This document shows positions 16,329 to 17,665 of a stretch of 17,665 nucleotides of DNA, one piece after another (position 1 is the first letter of the stretch; each line of letters opens with the position of its first letter). The notes beneath the pieces are model-generated. The model made no database searches and was not told where the DNA came from. It saw only the letters and a program-made list of their open reading frames with translations. Source of the stretch: a bacterium (GTDB lineage: Bacteria > Zhuqueibacterota > Zhuqueibacteria > Oceanimicrobiales > Oceanimicrobiaceae); the NCBI GenBank assembly GCA_046757025.1, contig JBHHXN010000112.1, positions 1-17,665 of the forward strand, read 5' to 3'. Position numbers and translations under genes: made by a program.

Positions 16329-17665
16329 ATGAACACGACCAATCCATCTTACCGTCAAGTTACCCTGAGAGTCGAGCACGTCCTCTTACTTGTGATCGCT
16401 CTCTGTTCCTTTATGCTTGTCAACGACATATCTGCTGCAGACAAGCTCAAACAACAAGCGCTCACAGCCACGGAAAAACAGCGGCCGCTCATCGACGAAA
16501 TCGCCACCACCCTGTGGAAATTTTCCGAAACCGCTCTGCAGGAGAAACGTTCTGCAGAGTTTCTCATCGAACGGCTGAAAAATGCTGGATTTACCGTGGA
16601 ATCGAACGTGGCTGACCTGCCCACGGCTTTCGTGGCGACGTTTGGTCAGGGTGCTCCCGTCATCGGTATCCTGGCCGAGTTCGACGCACTGCCGGGCGTA
16701 GGAAACGCGCCGGTGCCCGAACGGCGCGCCCGCGCTGACGGCGTGAAAAGCGGCCAGGGCTGTGGACACAATTTATTCGCTGCCGCCAGCGTCGGCGGGG
16801 CCATCGCCTTAAAAAATGTCCTGGCCGAAAACAACCTCTCTGGTACGCTCAAGCTGTTCGGAACGCCGGCAGAGGAAACCGTGGTCGGCAAAGTGTACAT
16901 GGCCAAAGCCGGGGTGTTCGATGGACTGGATGCGGTCATCGATTGGCATCCGGGCACGGACAACAAAGTTAAAAACCAGCCCGGCCGGGCCATGAACAAT
17001 TTTGAGGTGGAGTTTTTCGGGCAGGCCGCCCACGGCGCCGCGGACCCCTGGAACGGCCGCAGTGCATTGGACGCCGTGGAGCTGATGGACTACGGCGTCA
17101 ATCTCATGCGTGAACACGTGAAGCCCACCACCCGTATTCATTACGTCATTTCCAGCGGCGGGGAAGCCCCCAACGTTGTGCCGGAATATGCCAAAGTCTG
17201 GTATTTTGTGCGCGACATCAACCGCGAGGAAGTGCAAAAATACTATCAGCGCATTCTCAAAATAGCCGAAGGCGCGGCACTGGCTACCGAAACCACCCAC
17301 AAAGTGCACCTGATCACGGGCGTCCATGAGTACCTTTTAAATCGGCCGCTGCAAGAAGCCATGCAAAAAAACCTCGAGCTGGTAGGTCCGCCAAAATTTT
17401 CAGAGACCGATCAGGAATTTGCGCGCACGTTGCAGCGCAACGTCGGCAAAGAAGAAAAGGGGTTCAACGCGAAAATTGAGCCCTTGGCAGACGAACCGGG
17501 CCCGCCGGAAGGCGGCTCCACCGACGTCGCCGAAGTGAGTTGGATCGTGCCCACAGCGGGATTTCGCGTGGCTACCGCAGCCGAAAGCGTACCCTGGCAC
17601 AGTTGGGCAACCACCGCCTGTCACGGCACCGAAGCCGCCAGGAAAGCAGCCGTGGTGGCGGCCAA
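16329..17665 (+). CDS. M20 family amidohydrolase, AbgB-like, with N-terminal signal segment (3' end beyond window)
   Basis: Translated by hand; absent from the ORF track because it has no stop in the window. MNTTNPSYRQV...LAEFDALPG...GQGCGHNL...GTPAEE...DWHP...GQAAHGAADPWNGRSALDAVELM...GGEAPNVVP...GGSTDVAEVSW...PWHSW. GGAGG SD. Confidence 0.9.
   Translation, partial: MNTTNPSYRQVTLRVEHVLLLVIALCSFMLVNDISAADKLKQQALTATEKQRPLIDEIATTLWKFSETALQEKRSAEFLIERLKNAGFTVESNVADLPTAFVATFGQGAPVIGILAEFDALPGVGNAPVPERRARADGVKSGQGCGHNLFAAASVGGAIALKNVLAENNLSGTLKLFGTPAEETVVGKVYMAKAGVFDGLDAVIDWHPGTDNKVKNQPGRAMNNFEVEFFGQAAHGAADPWNGRSALDAVELMDYGVNLMREHVKPTTRIHYVISSGGEAPNVVPEYAKVWYFVRDINREEVQKYYQRILKIAEGAALATETTHKVHLITGVHEYLLNRPLQEAMQKNLELVGPPKFSETDQEFARTLQRNVGKEEKGFNAKIEPLADEPGPPEGGSTDVAEVSWIVPTAGFRVATAAESVPWHSWATTACHGTEAARKAAVVAA

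Noticed and set aside
13386..17624. Numerous antisense or alternate-frame ORFs within the DUF5916 and M20 genes
   Set aside because: Typical shadow ORFs of GC-richer coding sequence.
1..17665. CRISPR arrays, tRNA/rRNA genes, transposases, integrases, defence genes
   Set aside because: No regularly spaced repeats, cloverleaf signatures or catalytic motifs for these were seen by eye.

Overview
Bacterial chromosomal window with no phage, transposase, CRISPR or rRNA/tRNA genes recognised. Several signal peptides are cleaved before Gln, and the gene families suggest an FCB-group organism such as KSB1/Calditrichota (inference only). The left third (549-6148, minus strand) is the least explained part. 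It holds a tightly coupled four-gene operon behind a sigma54-like motif: a divergent TonB-like inner-membrane protein, a large exported TPR-like helical protein, and two exported proteins that share a clearly paralogous ~145-aa domain I cannot assign. An orphan exported protein lies upstream. No exbBD or TonB-dependent receptor is adjacent. The remainder is more ordinary: phoB/phoR-type two-component pair, Hsp20 with a near-consensus sigma54 promoter and terminator, Gfo/Idh/MocA oxidoreductase, ICMT/PEMT-family membrane protein, a truncated GNAT remnant, a membrane PP2C/SpoIIE phosphatase, a CBM9-like/DUF5916 outer-membrane protein, and an exported M20 (AbgB-like) amidohydrolase running off the right edge. 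Two degenerate REP-like palindromic elements and one candidate structured RNA lie in intergenic DNA.
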